A stretch of DNA of 33,239 nt from Octopus bimaculoides (taxonomy: Eukaryota): positions 22,927,031 through 22,960,269 of the forward strand of contig NC_068985.1 of the NCBI RefSeq assembly GCF_001194135.2, read 5' to 3'. The notes under the pieces were generated by a model. That model was not told where the DNA came from. It saw nothing but the letters and a program-made list of their open reading frames with translations, and ran no database searches. How positions within the stretch are numbered: position 1 is the stretch's first letter; the number at the start of each line of letters is the position of its first letter. Positions 22,040 to 32,403 of the stretch are shown in pieces. The translations under genes and the position numbers were made by a program.

Positions 22040-22290
22040 ATCATCATCATCATCATCATCGTTTAACGTCCGCTTTCCATGCTAGCATGGGTTGGACGAT
22101 TTGACTGAGGACTGGTGAAACCGGATGGCAACACCAGGCTCCAGTCTGATTTGGCAGAGTTTCTACAGCTGGATGCCCTTCCTAACGCCAACCACTCAGA
22201 GAGTGTAGTGGGTGCTTTTACGTGTCACCCGCACGAAAACGGCCACGCTCGAAATGGTGTCTTTTATGTGCCACCCGCACAAGCCAGTCC
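22040..22290 (-). mobile_element. RTE 3' UTR fragment, truncated by a gap
   Basis: (cat)n-cgtttaacgtccgctttccatgctagc, the reverse complement of the RTE tail. Confidence 0.85.
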
Positions 22291-22501
22291 NNNNNNNNNN
22301 NNNNNNNNNNNNNNNNNNNNNNNNNNNNNNNNNNNNNNNNNNNNNNNNNNNNNNNNNNNNNNNNNNNNNNNNNNNNNNNNNNNNNNNNNNNNNNNNNNNN
22401 NNNNNNNNNNNNNNNNNNNNNNNNNNNNNNNNNNNNNNNNNNNNNNNNNNNNNNNNNNNNNNNNNNNNNNNNNNNNNNNNNNNNNNNNNNNNNNNNNNNN
22501 N

Positions 22502-22573
<72 letters not shown>

Positions 22574-23039
22574 TATGTACACCTTCTTTAGGTTGAACGT
22601 CCTGTTAATCCCCATATATTTTGCCATTATTTTGGTATTCTGCTTCAGTATATATTTTGCTAAATAAGGATAATTATTATCATTATTATGCCAATAACAT
22701 GAAAGTTAAATTTCTGGTGATATTCAGTATTGTAAGTTTAGTTCCTTTACTTAATGGATTCAAATCCTCAAAGGATCAACTTTGCTTTTCATTCTTCAAG
22801 ATTAACAAAATATTTACCAGTAATTAGATTAATTGTATACCAATCTTCAAAATTCAGATAATCAAGGAAAATCTGAGAAAGCAGCTAATATTGTTGTTAG
22901 TGTTGTTGTTGTTACTACTACTACTACTTTTCTAGAACATGGTAAGTTAGTTAGCAGGTATTTTATCTTGATGTTTGATGACAACATACTGACCGAGCAT
23001 GGATTGCCATCTTTTGGGGTCTATGACCACCTGCGACAC

Positions 23040-23070
<31 letters not shown>

Positions 23071-23071
23071 T

Positions 23072-23560
23072 TTATTGAGTGAGAGAGCAGCGTACACCAT
23101 GAAAGTGACACTGGTGTATAAATATACAAAGCTCAATACACTCATCGTGAAGGTACATGGCTCAGTGGTTAGAGCGTCAGGCATGCTATCATGAGGTAGT
23201 GAGTTTGATTTCTGGGCTGGGCTGTGTGTTGTGTTCTTGAGCAAGATACTTTATTTCATGTTGCTCCAGTTCACACAGTTGTAGAAATTAGTTGTGAAGT
23301 CACTGGTGTCAAGCTGTATCAGTCTTTGCCCTTTCCTTGGATAACATTGGTGACATGGAGAGGAGAGGTTGGTTTGCATGGGTGACTGCTGGTCTTCCAT
23401 AAACAACCTTGCCCAGATTTGTGCCTCAAAGGGTAACTTTCTAGGTGCTATCCCATGGTCATTCATGACTGAAAGGAGTGTCTTTACCTTTTACCCTTTA
23501 ATATACCCATTATGACTACCCATCTGATAATGGTACATTAGGCATATGTATCACAATCAT
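23072..23560. mobile_element. Unclassified interspersed repeat interrupted by a family B SINE (23151-23499, + strand)
   Basis: SINE with tRNA-like head and CORE-like segment, flanked by degenerate direct repeats at 23135-23150 and 23500-23515. The host repeat is recognised from memory only. Confidence 0.6.
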
Positions 23561-23564
23561 ATTT

Positions 23565-24057
23565 TATTTATTTATGTGTTTCAGCCAAGTGGCTGCGGTC
23601 ATGCTGGTGCACCACCGTGAGTGTACAACATGGTGATTTTGTATCAAGATAAACAATGCATGACCTTGCAAGTGGAGCCCAGTTGAATTTTTATTCAGGC
23701 TGAGTAGCCCATCCTGCTCAAAAGGTCTCTGAATAAGAGTTGTTTAAAGATGTTGACCAAAACTCCCATGTTTCCAGAGGTGAATTATTCAAACCCCAAA
23801 GAATTCCTCTCAATACATAGCTGTGATGTTCTCCAACTACTTCTGCTCATGATCAAAGATGCACACATCCTCAGTCACTAAGGGACATGCTTAACTGGTT
23901 AAGGTCAAATAACTGACAAGCAACTAAGTGTTACTAAACAGAATATTTGCTGTAGCCCATCTTTTATACTGAGACAAAACATGAACATGATAACATTTCC
24001 AATCAATTAAGATCAGAAGCCATGAGAGCCAGTGTCTGATACTGCATTAGGGCATTT
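23565..24057 (-). mobile_element. Non-coding interspersed repeat ending in the LINE/SINE-D type 3' module
   Basis: Reverse-complement end reads ggtggtgcaccagcatgaccgcagcc-actt-ggctgaaacacataaataaataaa. The 5' extent is approximate. Confidence 0.6.
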
Positions 24058-24061
24058 GTTA

Positions 24062-25005
24062 TTATTACTATAATTATTATTATTTTTTTTTTCCAATTGA
24101 ATTGCATTTTATTTCATCTTCTGAGCGAGTCTCAACCAGAGACCTAAGGTACATATATATTAGAGAGAGAGAAACTTCCTGAGAATGTGGGTAGTTGATG
24201 TCAGCACAACTTCTTGAGTCTCATAGATTCTTGGTTTCCCAGGGATCTGGTCAAAACATTTGTCAGTACATTTTTTTATCATTCCCAGGGCACCTGGAAT
24301 AACAGGGATAGTTTGAGTTTTTAATTGCCACTTCCTAGATATTTCAATCTCAAAATCTTTATATTTTGACAATTTTTCGAATTCCTTTGCTGAGATGTTT
24401 TTATGAGTAGGCACTGTCATACCAATTAACAGATATGTTTTTTGTCTTAAGTCTTTGATGATGATGTCTGGTCTGTTAGCATTTATTTGCCTATCTGTCT
24501 GTATGTATTCCATAATCCCATAGGATGGTAACCTGCTCTCCCTCAATGAATGGCTCTGGATGGTTTTCATGCCAGTTCTTATGGTGTGGGATACCATAAT
24601 GATTACATATTATCCAGTGTAAGTACTGACCCACTCAATCATGCCTAGTTTTATATTTTGTAGGGGAAAGGACTGAGCAACTGACAACAGTGTGGTCAAT
24701 AATCTCAAGCTACAGACTACACTTTGTGTCTACTTCATTGTGTGTGACATTAGCTTGATAGTTCCAGGTGAGGAGACTCTGATCTGCTAGGATATGTCCT
24801 TCTGTTTCAGCTTTCAGATCAACACTCTGCAACCACTGATGAGTCCTTTTTACGTCTACTTAAGCTTCCTCAGCTCATTTGATGTGTTGCTGATTCAATG
24901 GTTTGTCTTACCACAGTCTTGATATTTCCTTCAAACTTTTCTGTTTGGCTTTCATTTTACACTTTTTTACTGCCTTAGTGGGTGATGTGTCCTCATTATC
25001 ATCAT
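24062..25005 (-). mobile_element. R4/Dong-type non-LTR retrotransposon 3' fragment (Zn knuckle plus restriction-like endonuclease)
   Basis: THQWLQSVDLKAETEG..IIDHTVVSCSVL..YKTRHD*VGQYLHWIICNHY..ILWDY..TDRQINANRPDIIIKD..KEFEKLSKYKDFEIEI..TIPVIPGALG, stop at 24160, then a short UTR and an A/(AAT)n tract. Confidence 0.88.
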
Positions 25006-25122
25006 CATAATTAGGGAGGTTGAGCACTTGTGTTTATTTATATGCCTCCTTTGAGATTGAGTGCAGTTTCTTACTCTGTTCAAGTTGCCTTCCCAGTTGT
25101 ATCATCCAGTCGATGTTATTTT

Positions 25123-25825
25123 GGAAGACCTGGGATGAGGTGGTGAGGCACGACCTTCAAACATTGGGTTTTACCAAGGCGATGACTTCTGACCGAGTCC
25201 TTTGGAAATATACTGTGCGTGAGAAGACCTGGCAAGCCAAGTGAGACCTACATCCAAGGCCTCTGCCAGGGGTGTAGCCAGCCCACTTATGTGTACCTTT
25301 CCTTCATTGGACACTAAACTCCGCTTGCGAAGACCTGTTGAAGCAAGTGAAATCGAAATCGAACTAAATTCGACGACTGGCACCCATGCCAACATCATCT
25401 CCTTCATTGGACACGAAACTCAGCTTGCGAAGACCTGTTGGGACAAGCGAAAGCGAAATCGTGATGGCACCTGTGCCCAGTGTCGCCTTCCTGGCACTTG
25501 TACCAGTGGCACGTGTAAAGACATTCAAACAAGATCGTTGCCAGTGCCACTAGACTGGCTCCTGTGCAGGTGGCACATAAAATACACCATTTTGAGCGTG
25601 ACCGTTGCCAGTACCGCTTGACTGGCCTTCGTGCTGGTGGCACATAAAAGCACCCACTACACTCTCGGAGTGGTTGGCGTTAGGAAGGGCATCCAGCTGT
25701 AGAAACTCTGCCAAATCAGATTGGAGCCTGGTGTAGCCTTCAGGTTCCACCAGTCCTCAGTCAAATCGTCCAAACCATGCTAGCATGGAAAGCAGACGTT
25801 AAACTATGATGATGATGATGATGAT
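25123..25825 (+). mobile_element. RTE LINE 3' end: last ORF codons, full 3' UTR with internal repeats, and (GAT)n tail
   Basis: KTWDEVVRHDLQTLG..DRVLWKYTVREKTWQAK* ending at 25244, a 100-bp-period direct repeat (25301/25401), and the tail ttaaactatgatgatgat. Confidence 0.9.
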
Positions 25826-25845
25826 ATGTCTACTTCATTTTTTAG

Positions 25846-26021
25846 GGGTGCTGAAGTAGCTACAGGAAATTCAAGATATGGTTTGGCAGAATCAGGAAAC
25901 TTTCTAATGGATAATACAGACTGTAATGGAGATGAAAGTACTTTGCAGCATTGTTCATATGATACTGAACATGACTGTGAAGAAAATGAAGCTGCTGGAG
26001 TTATATGTAAACCAAACCCTG
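25846..26021 (+). CDS. Exon encoding the C-terminal half of an SRCR domain (phase 2 to phase 1)
   Basis: GAEVATGNSRYGLAESGNFLMDNTDCNGDESTLQHCSYDTEHDCEENEAAGVICKPNP matches the SRCR pattern D.V.C.G.E..L..C....H.C...E.AGV.C. Acceptor tcattttttag, donor G|GTAAGT. Confidence 0.92.
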
Positions 26022-26769
26022 GTAAGTCTGAGAAGAAAAATTAACAAAATCATTTTTAGAATAAGTATTAACATCACCAAATGGAATTATACTTTTAGTA
26101 AACTGAGAGTTTAATTTGGTTTCCATTCCAACTTTAGTCATTTCTCTTCAATTATGTTTCATGCTAATGTAATCATTCATAGGGAAATGATCAGAAAACA
26201 AGGAAGGTCTGACAGACTAATTAATGGTTACAGTCACGCTATATGAAGGAAAAGCTCTGAAGAGTTCCTCCACAGCTAAATAATGTTTATGAGATTTTTA
26301 AAAATATTTATATGAAAAAACAATTAAATGGTTTTTGTAATGCAAACATCCTGTTACCACAAAGAACACTGAAATCTGTTTGAGATTTAAAAAAAAAATC
26401 AATATTTTTATTGTAAACAAAAATGTTGCTGTTACTACCAATGACAAACACCAAGATTGTTTAAAGAATATGTATGCTCAAATAAAACATACTCATAAAA
26501 GTATATAACCAGTGATGGAAAGGGCTGATTATGCAGTGGGGTGGCAGTCCTCTACTTTACAGTTCACAGAGGTGAGTGGCTTATAGCATCTCACCCCACC
26601 TTACTAACCTCAACCTTTCAAACCTTTACATAACCCTAGGAACTAATATCCATTTTTATCACGGTATTTACCTCACAGGGTATGTGAATGTATCTTTGAA
26701 ATTTATGGATTTTCATAAAATAAACTTTTCCATATATAAGCTTTTTTTTTATGTATTGTATTTTGACAG

Positions 26770-26940
26770 GCTGCAAACCTGGTTGGATTTCTGGTCCAAG
26801 TGGTTGCTATCGTTTGTTTATTGGCAATGCTCGAAGACTCAATGCCAAAGAAATGTGTTACACTAAAGATAGTCATTTAGTAATCATTGACAGTTTGGAA
26901 GAAAATGATTTTCTTTCAGTTTTACTTCAGACCAATAATG
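26770..26940 (+). CDS. C-type lectin domain exon 1 (phase 1/1)
   Basis: GCKPGWISGPSGCYRLF..NAKEMC..KDSHLVIIDSLEENDFL is a canonical CTLD N-terminus. Splice sites are AG/GT. Confidence 0.93.
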
Positions 26941-29238
26941 GTAAGAGCATAATTTTATAAATTTCATTTAATTGCTTTAAATATCATCCTTGGTCATAAA
27001 CTTTTGGAGTAATTTTTTTCTTAAGCAATTTTTAACAGTTATGGAAGGTATAAACAAGACTTTTACTGTAGTAATTCTTATACATCTGGTACTGTACATT
27101 TATGATACATACGCACATTCTGAAACGGATCCAATTAATTTTCTTTTTAATGTTATGTACTTTATCAAAAAGGTTTCCTTTAACAAAATCTTGTGTCTAA
27201 TCACCTACTCACATCAGAATTTCCTTCCAAAGTATCTTTATTTTAAATTTTAATTAGTAACAATTCAAGCTGAATATTAATTCTATCAGCTGAATATTAT
27301 CTTCAATTTTAGGACATAATAATAAAATATAACTATTACAGAGTATAACTCTCATATCTGATGGCATTAAAGACACATGGATATATCAGACATACCTTAA
27401 TTTCAACAGCACATATATGAGAAAGAAAGTTGTTAGTGCAGTGAAGTTTATGAGAGCCTAAACTTTGCACGTAGGACCAGTGGGAGGGTATTTAATTATT
27501 AATTCATTTATTCACTTACTTATTGAAAAATGTATGTCTTATATGCCATCAAATATGGTCATTAAAAATGCATAAACTCTTTGCCAGAGATTTTCTTCCC
27601 ATGTAAGAAGTAGTTATTCATCACCTGTGCAGTGATGTATAAAAATTATAACTAATATAGTGTAATCTTTCAGCCAAATACTTCATGATTATTATTCTGT
27701 CATTAACACTTCACTAACTCAAGACATTTCAGTTTTGGTCTCTTAAATCCCTTAGCCACAATTAACTAACTTTCATAAAAATAGATCACTGCTGTTGGAA
27801 GAAGTGTGAACACTGAATAAACAACTTGCTTTTCATTAGTCTGTAGTGTTGAATACAATTGTTTATGAGGTCCCAGACTTGCTTCTGTTGGCAAATATCT
27901 TCCTTTCTTCACTAGTGAATCAGATTCATCCAAGCGTTCGTTATGAGTTGGGCAGATGGTAACTGTGTAGAAGTCTGTTGGGTGGATATACCTGTAATGC
28001 AAAGGGTCATGCTGATTCTGTCCTTGGATTATGTTAAAGAAGCAAAAGTCTGTGGAACATTCAGTCACCTACATTATAATACAATGAGTAGGTAGTTCAG
28101 TTGATTAACCAATTGGTAAACTCATTGTTGAAACAGACACAAGATTCATCATCACCATATATATATATGTATATATATATATATATNNNNNNNNNNNNNN
28201 NNNNNNNNNNNNNNNNNNNNNNNNNNNNNNNNNNNNNNNNNNNNNNNNNNNNNNNNNNNNNNNNNNNNNNNNNNNNNNNNNNNNNGGGGGGGAGGAAGAG
28301 AGATAGAGGGGGAAAGAGAGCTAATAATGCAAATTAATAAATAGACACATTTGGGTTTGATACATGTAGCTATGTGGTAGATGCAGGTTATGGCTTCCCA
28401 ACCACATGGTTCTGGGTTCAATCCTACTGCATAGCACCTTTAGCAAGTGTGTTCTACTGTAGCTTTGTTTATGCTTTGTATTAACTTTATCTCTATTATT
28501 AATACCATAATTATCCAGGGAAACCTTATCATAATTCTTATTGTTCAGTTTATTATTATAAAAACCATATGAATCATTTTTATTATATTCTTTTATATTA
28601 TTATTATTATTATATCCCACCTTCCTAAGTGCTTCATTATAATAAGGTGCGTGTTTTTGGAAAATCTCATAATTGGAAGAAAGTAACGATATTCTTTTTC
28701 CTATATTATGTCAAAAATTTCTTAATCGAGGGTGGGTGATTACTCTTAGCATTAAAATATCTAAGGTTTTCATTAATTTTATGGAAAGGTTGAGTTTTTC
28801 CTGTTATTAAATTAAAATTAACATCTAAATAATTAACATTATAGTTCCCATTATATATAGTAATATTATTTATTAATTATGTGGTAAGATATGTAATTTG
28901 AATTTTTATTTTATTATTGACCTGAAGAGTGACTATATTTTTGAGTAGAATTTAATCTTGATAAATTTATTTTGAATTGTATTGATTTTTTCTGCTTTAA
29001 TGTAGCCACGAAACATGTGTAGTCAACCAATTACTTTTTATTTTATCAATTTAATTTCATGTCTAATAAAATTTTTAGATTAGTATTTTATAGATTTTTA
29101 TAGATTTTATACGTTTCTTGTAGATTTTATAGATTTTAAAATTTGTATTATATAGAATACGTTTTTCTGGAAGGTGATTGGACTCTTTCATTGTTTGAAT
29201 TGTATATTGGTGGTTCTTCTCAAAATTGTATATATATA

Positions 29239-29344
29239 TATATATACAAAATTTTAAATTTAAAAAAGAGTTTTGATGCTAATATCTATTATAATGGATA
29301 TTAGCGTCAAAACTCTCTTTTAAATTTAAAATTTTGGATATATA
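29239..29344. repeat. Near-perfect ~100-bp palindrome (hairpin/cruciform)
   Basis: 40-bp arms 29247-29286 and 29297-29336 differ at 2 positions, and pairing continues into the TA flanks. Confidence 0.9.
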
Positions 29345-29578
29345 ACCAAGGAGAACGATCCTTAAGGAGTCTACTTTAGACTTTTTGCGGTGAAATCTCT
29401 TGCTATATTGGTAACGATTACATGTTTTTCTCATCATCAACACATTGTGGAGATATCATCATATGAACAAATATATATATATATGTATTGTACTAATGAG
29501 CAATGTTTGTATATATTAACCTTAAGTATTGTTGTGTTCATATCCCACTGATTATTTCCTTTTACCTATTTTTTGTAG

Positions 29579-29674
29579 ATAATCATGTCTGGTTGACAGA
29601 TGGTTTCAGGTATGGAAGGAATTGGGCATGGAGATATCAGAGAGAAGCTATATCTACTTTCCATTGGTTTCCTG
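29579..29674 (+). CDS. C-type lectin domain exon 2 (phase 1/1)
   Basis: DNHVWLTDGFRYGRNWAWRYQREAISTFHWFP(G), with the WIGL-equivalent and W.W motifs. Acceptor cctattttttgtag, donor G|GTAAAT. Confidence 0.88.
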
Positions 29675-30140
29675 GTAAATATAGTAATTTTAAAGCATAA
29701 AAGCATCTCAGAATTTAAGCCTTTTAACTTTTCAAATGGGAATAGACTAGAATAAATATTTCTAAATTTAGCATTAATGAAGGTGAAACCACGACCAACT
29801 GCTTTGATAATTATTTTTGAAATAACCACATTTTCAATTATTTTCATAAACTATCAGCCCTGAGTCATTTATCTCAGCTTTTTCCAATTCTGCAACTGGA
29901 AAAGAAATGTTCAAGGAGGCTTAATGTAGTACTAATTTCTGAGAGCACAGCACAATGACTCAACTCAAATGAGATATGAAATCCCATCTCATCAGTCACA
30001 TTATCCATTTTATTATTGTCATTCATTGGAATAAACCTGTATCAAATGGAATGTCTCACTTTTAGCTCTTATGATTATTCCAGACATCATTGAATTGTTT
30101 ATCAAAATTTACACCATATGGTATTCATTATTAATCTGGC

Positions 30141-30260
30141 CAGGGCAGCAAGCTGGCAGTATTCTTAGCATGCTGGGCAAAATGCTTAAGCAGCATTTCA
30201 TCCAACTTGATGTTCTGAGTTCAAATTCTGCCATATGGTTGACTTTGCCTTTCATCTTTT
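30141..30260 (+). mobile_element. tRNA-derived SINE, family A, cut by a gap
   Basis: Head plus gactttgcctttcatc. Confidence 0.75.
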
Positions 30261-30708
30261 NNNNNNNNNNNNNNNNNNNNNNNNNNNNNNNNNNNNNNNN
30301 NNNNNNNNNNNNNNNNNNNNNNNNNNNNNNNNNNNNNNNNNNNNNNNNNNNNNNNNNNNNNNNNNNNNNNNNNNNNNNNNNNNNNNNNNNNNNNNNNNNN
30401 NNNNNNNNNNNNNNNNNNNNNNNNNNNNNNNNNNNNNNNNNNNNNNNNNNNNNNNNNNNNNNNNNNNNNNNNNNNNNNNNNNNNNNNNNNNNNNNNNNNN
30501 NNNNNNNNNNNNNNNNNNNNNNNNNNNNNNNNNNNNNNNNNNNNNNNNNNNNNNNNNNNNNNNNNNNNNNNNNNNNNNNNNNNNNNNNNNNNNNNNNNNN
30601 NNNNNNNNNNNNNNNNNNNNNNNNNNNNNNNNNNNNNNNNNNNNNNNNNCAAAATGTTTGTTATTGAGTGAGCAAGACGGGAATATTACAGAATGTGATA
30701 TGGTTCAA

Positions 30709-30929
30709 CCCTTTAGCATTCAGATTATTCTGTCAAATGTAATGTTTATTTATTCACATTGCTTTGAATTAGTCATTCATTATCTTGTAGCTTCAAGATT
30801 TCAATGATATGACTGTTTATTTGTAGAATAACATTGTAGGGTCAGTGTGAGAAACTGAAATCTGATCAGTTTGAACATAAAACAAGGAGAATATTTGGGT
30901 CAGATACAGCTGGTTGAAATGTTAAAGGG
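30709..30929. mobile_element. piggyBac-type MITE (221 bp)
   Basis: TIRs ccctttagcatt / aatgttaaaggg (1 mismatch) with flanks TCAA and TTAA. Confidence 0.7.
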
Positions 30930-31137
30930 TTAAGTCTTTTATGATATTTATGAATAATGCTTTGATGGACATTTTGGTGCTTCCATGAAACTATGCTATA
31001 AATATTTACATGTGAAGTGAGAAATATTTTACAATTATGTCGAGTGTGATATGAAACGGTATGGTGCAGACTGCTCAGTGTGACAAATCAACATTAAACC
31101 TAGAATTGAACAAGCTTGTACTACCATTTCTTTACAG

Positions 31138-31320
31138 GATGGATGCCTAATAAGAAGTCTGCAGAGCCAAGCAAAAGAGGGAGATGTATTAGTTTATCCA
31201 ATATGTTTGATTATAACGGAGAACTGTATATGACTAGTTACTTCTTCTGGAAGGTATCTAACTGTAACTCAGTGACAGGTTTTATCTGTGAACGGAAGAA
31301 AACACCTCATATCACAGAAG
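31138..31320 (+). CDS. C-type lectin domain exon 3 (phase 1/1); the gene presumably continues beyond the window
   Basis: GWMPNKKSAEPSKRGRCISL..YFFWKVSNCNSVTGFICERKKTPHITE(G), with EPx, C, W and C..FICE motifs. Donor AG|GTATGT. Confidence 0.92.
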
Positions 31321-32267
31321 GTATGTATGCAAGCTGGTTCTCCACCTTGATTTTTTTTAATGATCATTCTAAGAAGGAATAGTGTTTAGAAGAACATTCA
31401 GGTTCTCTGAGATATCACTAAGGAACTGGGTTAATTTTATATGATCGTTTGAACTCTAGCATGTTATTCATTGTAAGTAAAGAGTGTGATCTATAGGAAG
31501 ACAGTTCTGAGGAGAAAAGATGGAATGAAGTTGTTTAATATAAGGGTCTAATTGGAGAAGACAATAAAAGTAGGCAAGTGTATCAAATGAATTAATTAGG
31601 GATGACAAGAACTGGAAAATTCTGAAGAATAAATGGTATTATAGTAAAAGAAGCAATCTTAGTGGTAAATGGTGCAAAGACATATACACTACAACCAAAA
31701 AAACATAGCAACTAAAGATCGCTTGTATAGAAAAAAGCAAAACATATATTAATAAAAACAAAACATGTATTAATAATCATCTTTTAGTTTGAAGAGACAA
31801 CAGAACCTTTAGTTAAGCTGTATATCAAAAGTGATGATATTAAAAATGTATTTAGAAGTGAATTTATTTACAACTTCATATAAATAATATTCTGATTTAA
31901 GGAATGTATAAAGATAGATAGATAAATACATTATTGCATTTAATGTGTGTGTGTGTATGTGTGTATGTTTATATATGCATGCATGCAATGTATGTATATA
32001 TATGTATGCATGTGTGTATATATATATATAATTATACATACATACATACATACATACATATATGGTAAATAAGAAAATGGAGAGGATAAACAATCGACAA
32101 ACATCAGCCTGTAAACATTCAATTATATCTATTTATTAATTGATTACAATCATATGTATAAGTGATCAAAATAAACGAATGAAATCAGCAAATAACCAAG
32201 TAAATAAATAGGTAACTAAAAATAAATAAATGAATAAGAATAAACGAGTATACAAATACTAAACTCT

Positions 32268-32403
32268 TACAGCTGTTTCTACCATGGGGTTACCCAATCT
32301 GCCAAGTTTTCTACGTCACGCCAGTGATAAACAGAGGTTTTACAGAGGTTAAACAAACATTGGACAGGGGTTGGACAATGATTGAGCCCCAAAGCTTCAT
32401 CAG
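32268..32403 (-). ncRNA. Candidate type I hammerhead ribozyme with intact core, long stem II and palindromic stem III
   Basis: CUGAUGA at 32403-32397, GAAA at 32279-32276, palindrome ACAGCUGU at 32276-32269, GUA triplet. Stem II pairs gggg/cccc and cucaauc/gauuggg. Stem I is not evident. Confidence 0.6.

Noticed and set aside
22115-22667. ORFs of 124-158 aa
   Set aside because: RTE UTR plus gap plus (TA)n.
22858-22941. Phase 1/1 candidate exon with a GTAAGT donor
   Set aside because: Mostly GTT/ACT microsatellite, and the phase does not fit the flanking phase-2 intron.
24835-24860. CUGAUGAGUCC hammerhead-like start
   Set aside because: No GGAC-GAAA partner follows, and it lies antisense within the R4 ORF.
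25250-25660. Regularly spaced repeats that could be mistaken for a CRISPR array
   Set aside because: Imperfect internal repeats of the RTE 3' UTR in a eukaryote, with no unique spacers or cas genes.
27766-28068. 100-aa minus-strand ORF in GC-richer sequence
   Set aside because: No recognisable motif in any frame; possibly old transposon DNA.
30071-30807. ORFs of 143-198 aa
   Set aside because: They span a ~390-N gap and SINE/MITE sequence.
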